From Anaerolineales bacterium UBA4823 (GTDB taxonomy: Bacteria; Chloroflexota; Anaerolineae; Anaerolineales; UBA4823): a stretch of 33,163 bases of DNA. Positions 31,761 to 33,163 of this stretch are shown here, piece by piece. The position numbers and the translations under genes are program-made. The stretch is from contig DHFN01000119.1 of NCBI GenBank assembly GCA_002402275.1, positions 1 to 33,163 on the forward strand. The letters are read 5' to 3'. Numbering within the stretch: the first letter of the stretch is position 1; each line of letters starts with the position of its first letter. The notes under the pieces were generated by a model that was given only the letters and a program-made list of their open reading frames with translations, was not told where the DNA came from and did not search any database.

Positions 31761-32428
31761 TTTTGTATAGGTTGCTTTTGCTTCATTTTTTTAGCTCTTC
31801 TTCCAACAAGGCGTTCATTCCCTTTAATCAAACGTTGAATATTGGGTCTTAATGCCCATATTATGAGTAATTCAGAGAATATTCCATAGAATATATATTC
31901 CCATGGAGCCTGAAACCAAATAGCACGAACAGCAAAGATAATTATGGAAAGAAGTGCCATTGACATTGTTGTGACTGATGCATAACCGACAAAGTACAAG
32001 AGCAAAACTGCTACTGGCAAAATGATTGCTATACTTGGTGCCCATAAACCTAATGATCCACCAACACAAGAAGCGCCGCCGGCTCCACCTCTTAATCGTA
32101 TTTTCCCATCAGGCGATTTTTCAATCAAAAAGATCGAATAATTATGTCCGAGTATCGCAAGAATTGGGGCTAAGACATGAACCCAATAGAGATTCGGAGT
32201 TAACCATTTGGCGATCCATACAGCAGCAGCAGCTTTAAATCCGTCTAATAAGGCGGTCCCGATAGCAGCCCATAATCCAGCAGCTCTGCCTGCATTGGTT
32301 GTACCTGTGCGCCCGCTTTCGACTTTACGGACGTCTTTTCCACTAATTAAACGCACTAAAATCAAACCAAACGGTATTGATCCGAGGAAGTAAGAAATTA
32401 AAAAAATCAGCCCAATTTGAAAAATCAT
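31727..32428 (-). CDS. plsY: Glycerol-3-phosphate acyltransferase PlsY
   Basis: FLGSIPFGLILVRLISGKDVRKVESGRTGTTNAGRAAG matches the PlsY N-terminal motifs, and the protein has a multi-TM body. Its basic/Ser-rich C-terminal extension overlaps the convergent MBL gene by 34 nt. Confidence 0.85.
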   Translation of the reverse strand: MIFQIGLIFLISYFLGSIPFGLILVRLISGKDVRKVESGRTGTTNAGRAAGLWAAIGTALLDGFKAAAAVWIAKWLTPNLYWVHVLAPILAILGHNYSIFLIEKSPDGKIRLRGGAGGASCVGGSLGLWAPSIAIILPVAVLLLYFVGYASVTTMSMALLSIIIFAVRAIWFQAPWEYIFYGIFSELLIIWALRPNIQRLIKGNERLVGRRAKKMKQKQPIQNHSSSSVSSSS

Positions 32429-32479
32429 TTATCTCTCCATTTGCATTTCATATTTTCTAACCCATAGAATGTTAATTCG

Positions 32480-32887
32480 TTACTCTATCTCCTCGATTTT
32501 AACATTTTTTAGCTTTCCTTCGTTGATAGAATAACCAGAAATAACCCAACTACGATCTTTAGGAGCATAGATGATATAAACTACTTCGGGATAATAAGCC
32601 TCAGAAATATCCGTTATTGAAGGATAGCTTTGCCCTCTAGGGTGAGAATGGACGATTGCCAATAATTGCATCCCTCTATTTTCAATTTCAAGAAACGCAG
32701 TCAGTTGTTCCTGAGCATCCATTTGATAGAGTACTGGATCATGCAAGGTGTTTGTTATCGGATACCAATCTAAAATCAGGTTGTCTACGCCAGCCAGTAA
32801 TCCACAACCTTCTTCCGGAAGGCAGGATTGCATGTAGGTTTCTATCGAATGAATGAAATTAGAGGGGATTTTTAATGTAGGTTCCAT
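32480..32887 (-). CDS. Mov34/MPN/PAD-1 (JAMM) family metalloprotease
   Basis: The catalytic Glu context is EEGCGLLAG. The JAMM motif is HSHPRGQSYPSITD (H-x-H-x7-S-x2-D). Length is 135 aa. Confidence 0.8.
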   Translation of the reverse strand: MEPTLKIPSNFIHSIETYMQSCLPEEGCGLLAGVDNLILDWYPITNTLHDPVLYQMDAQEQLTAFLEIENRGMQLLAIVHSHPRGQSYPSITDISEAYYPEVVYIIYAPKDRSWVISGYSINEGKLKNVKIEEIE

Positions 32888-32889
32888 GA

Positions 32890-33153
32890 TTATTTAAGCC
32901 AATAAGCTAGAAACCAACATACCAATAGAATCAAAGCGGGTTCGAGGAAAATGTTTTTCCGTTTCTCCTGTTGATTTAATCGGGTGATATAGATAAAGAT
33001 TGCATAGCTAGGGCCTAATAAAGCCAAAGCACATGAGATTGGAGATAATGGCCAATAATGTAATGCGGTAGATATCTGACAGGTGATTAAAGCAATTAAT
33101 CCAGATTCCAAATAAGCCCAGTATTCGGAATTATATAAATTAAAGCTTCGCAA
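32890..33153 (-). CDS. Small hydrophobic protein (about 3 TM), hypothetical
   Basis: The ORF has only a TTG start, and its stop is 2 nt before the JAMM gene start. Hydrophobic segments include LIALITCQISTAL, ALALLGPSYAIFIYI and PALILLVCWFLAYW. I recognise no family. Confidence 0.3.
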   Translation of the reverse strand: MRSFNLYNSEYWAYLESGLIALITCQISTALHYWPLSPISCALALLGPSYAIFIYITRLNQQEKRKNIFLEPALILLVCWFLAYWLK

Positions 33154-33163
33154 ACTAACGATA

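Overview
This is a dense, AT-rich bacterial chromosomal window of about 30 genes, and most of them are core housekeeping. On the minus strand I call fmt, tRNA-Leu(UAA), a PHP phosphoesterase, an rpiR-FAH-PT-rich protein cluster, the mltG/ruvX/alaS cluster, gpmA, an orphan MalK-type ABC ATPase, valS with a T-box leader, an alpha/beta hydrolase, plsY and a JAMM/MPN protein. On the plus strand I call psuK-psuG, tRNA-Val(UAC), an MmpS-like protein, a 1052-aa SHMT-GcvT fusion followed by an aminotransferase, a GT2 / membrane SpeE-like / DUF1461 operon, mutS with an NBR1-Ig-like protein, and an MBL-fold hydrolase. The Pro/Thr-rich anchored proteins, the T-box and the gene content suggest a low-GC Chloroflexota (Anaerolineae-like) genome, but that is only a guess from reading the proteins. 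I see no CRISPR array, transposase, integrase, prophage, toxin-antitoxin pair or recognisable defence genes, so I cannot support a claim of a novel defence or mobile system here. Four things look most unusual. (1) Serine hydroxymethyltransferase and the glycine-cleavage T protein are fused in one ORF through a cryptic roughly 200-aa module, in an operon with an aminotransferase. (2) A membrane protein with a baseplate-J-like ectodomain sits inside the conserved alaS-ruvX-mltG cluster and is translationally coupled to ruvX. (3) A tightly coupled GT2 / polytopic SpeE-like / DUF1461 (Lit-like) operon may modify the envelope. (4) The valS T-box has a GUC specifier and an unusually long insert before the T-box core. 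Several ORF-track entries have false N-terminal extensions, one of which reads through a tRNA gene, and I have re-called their starts.
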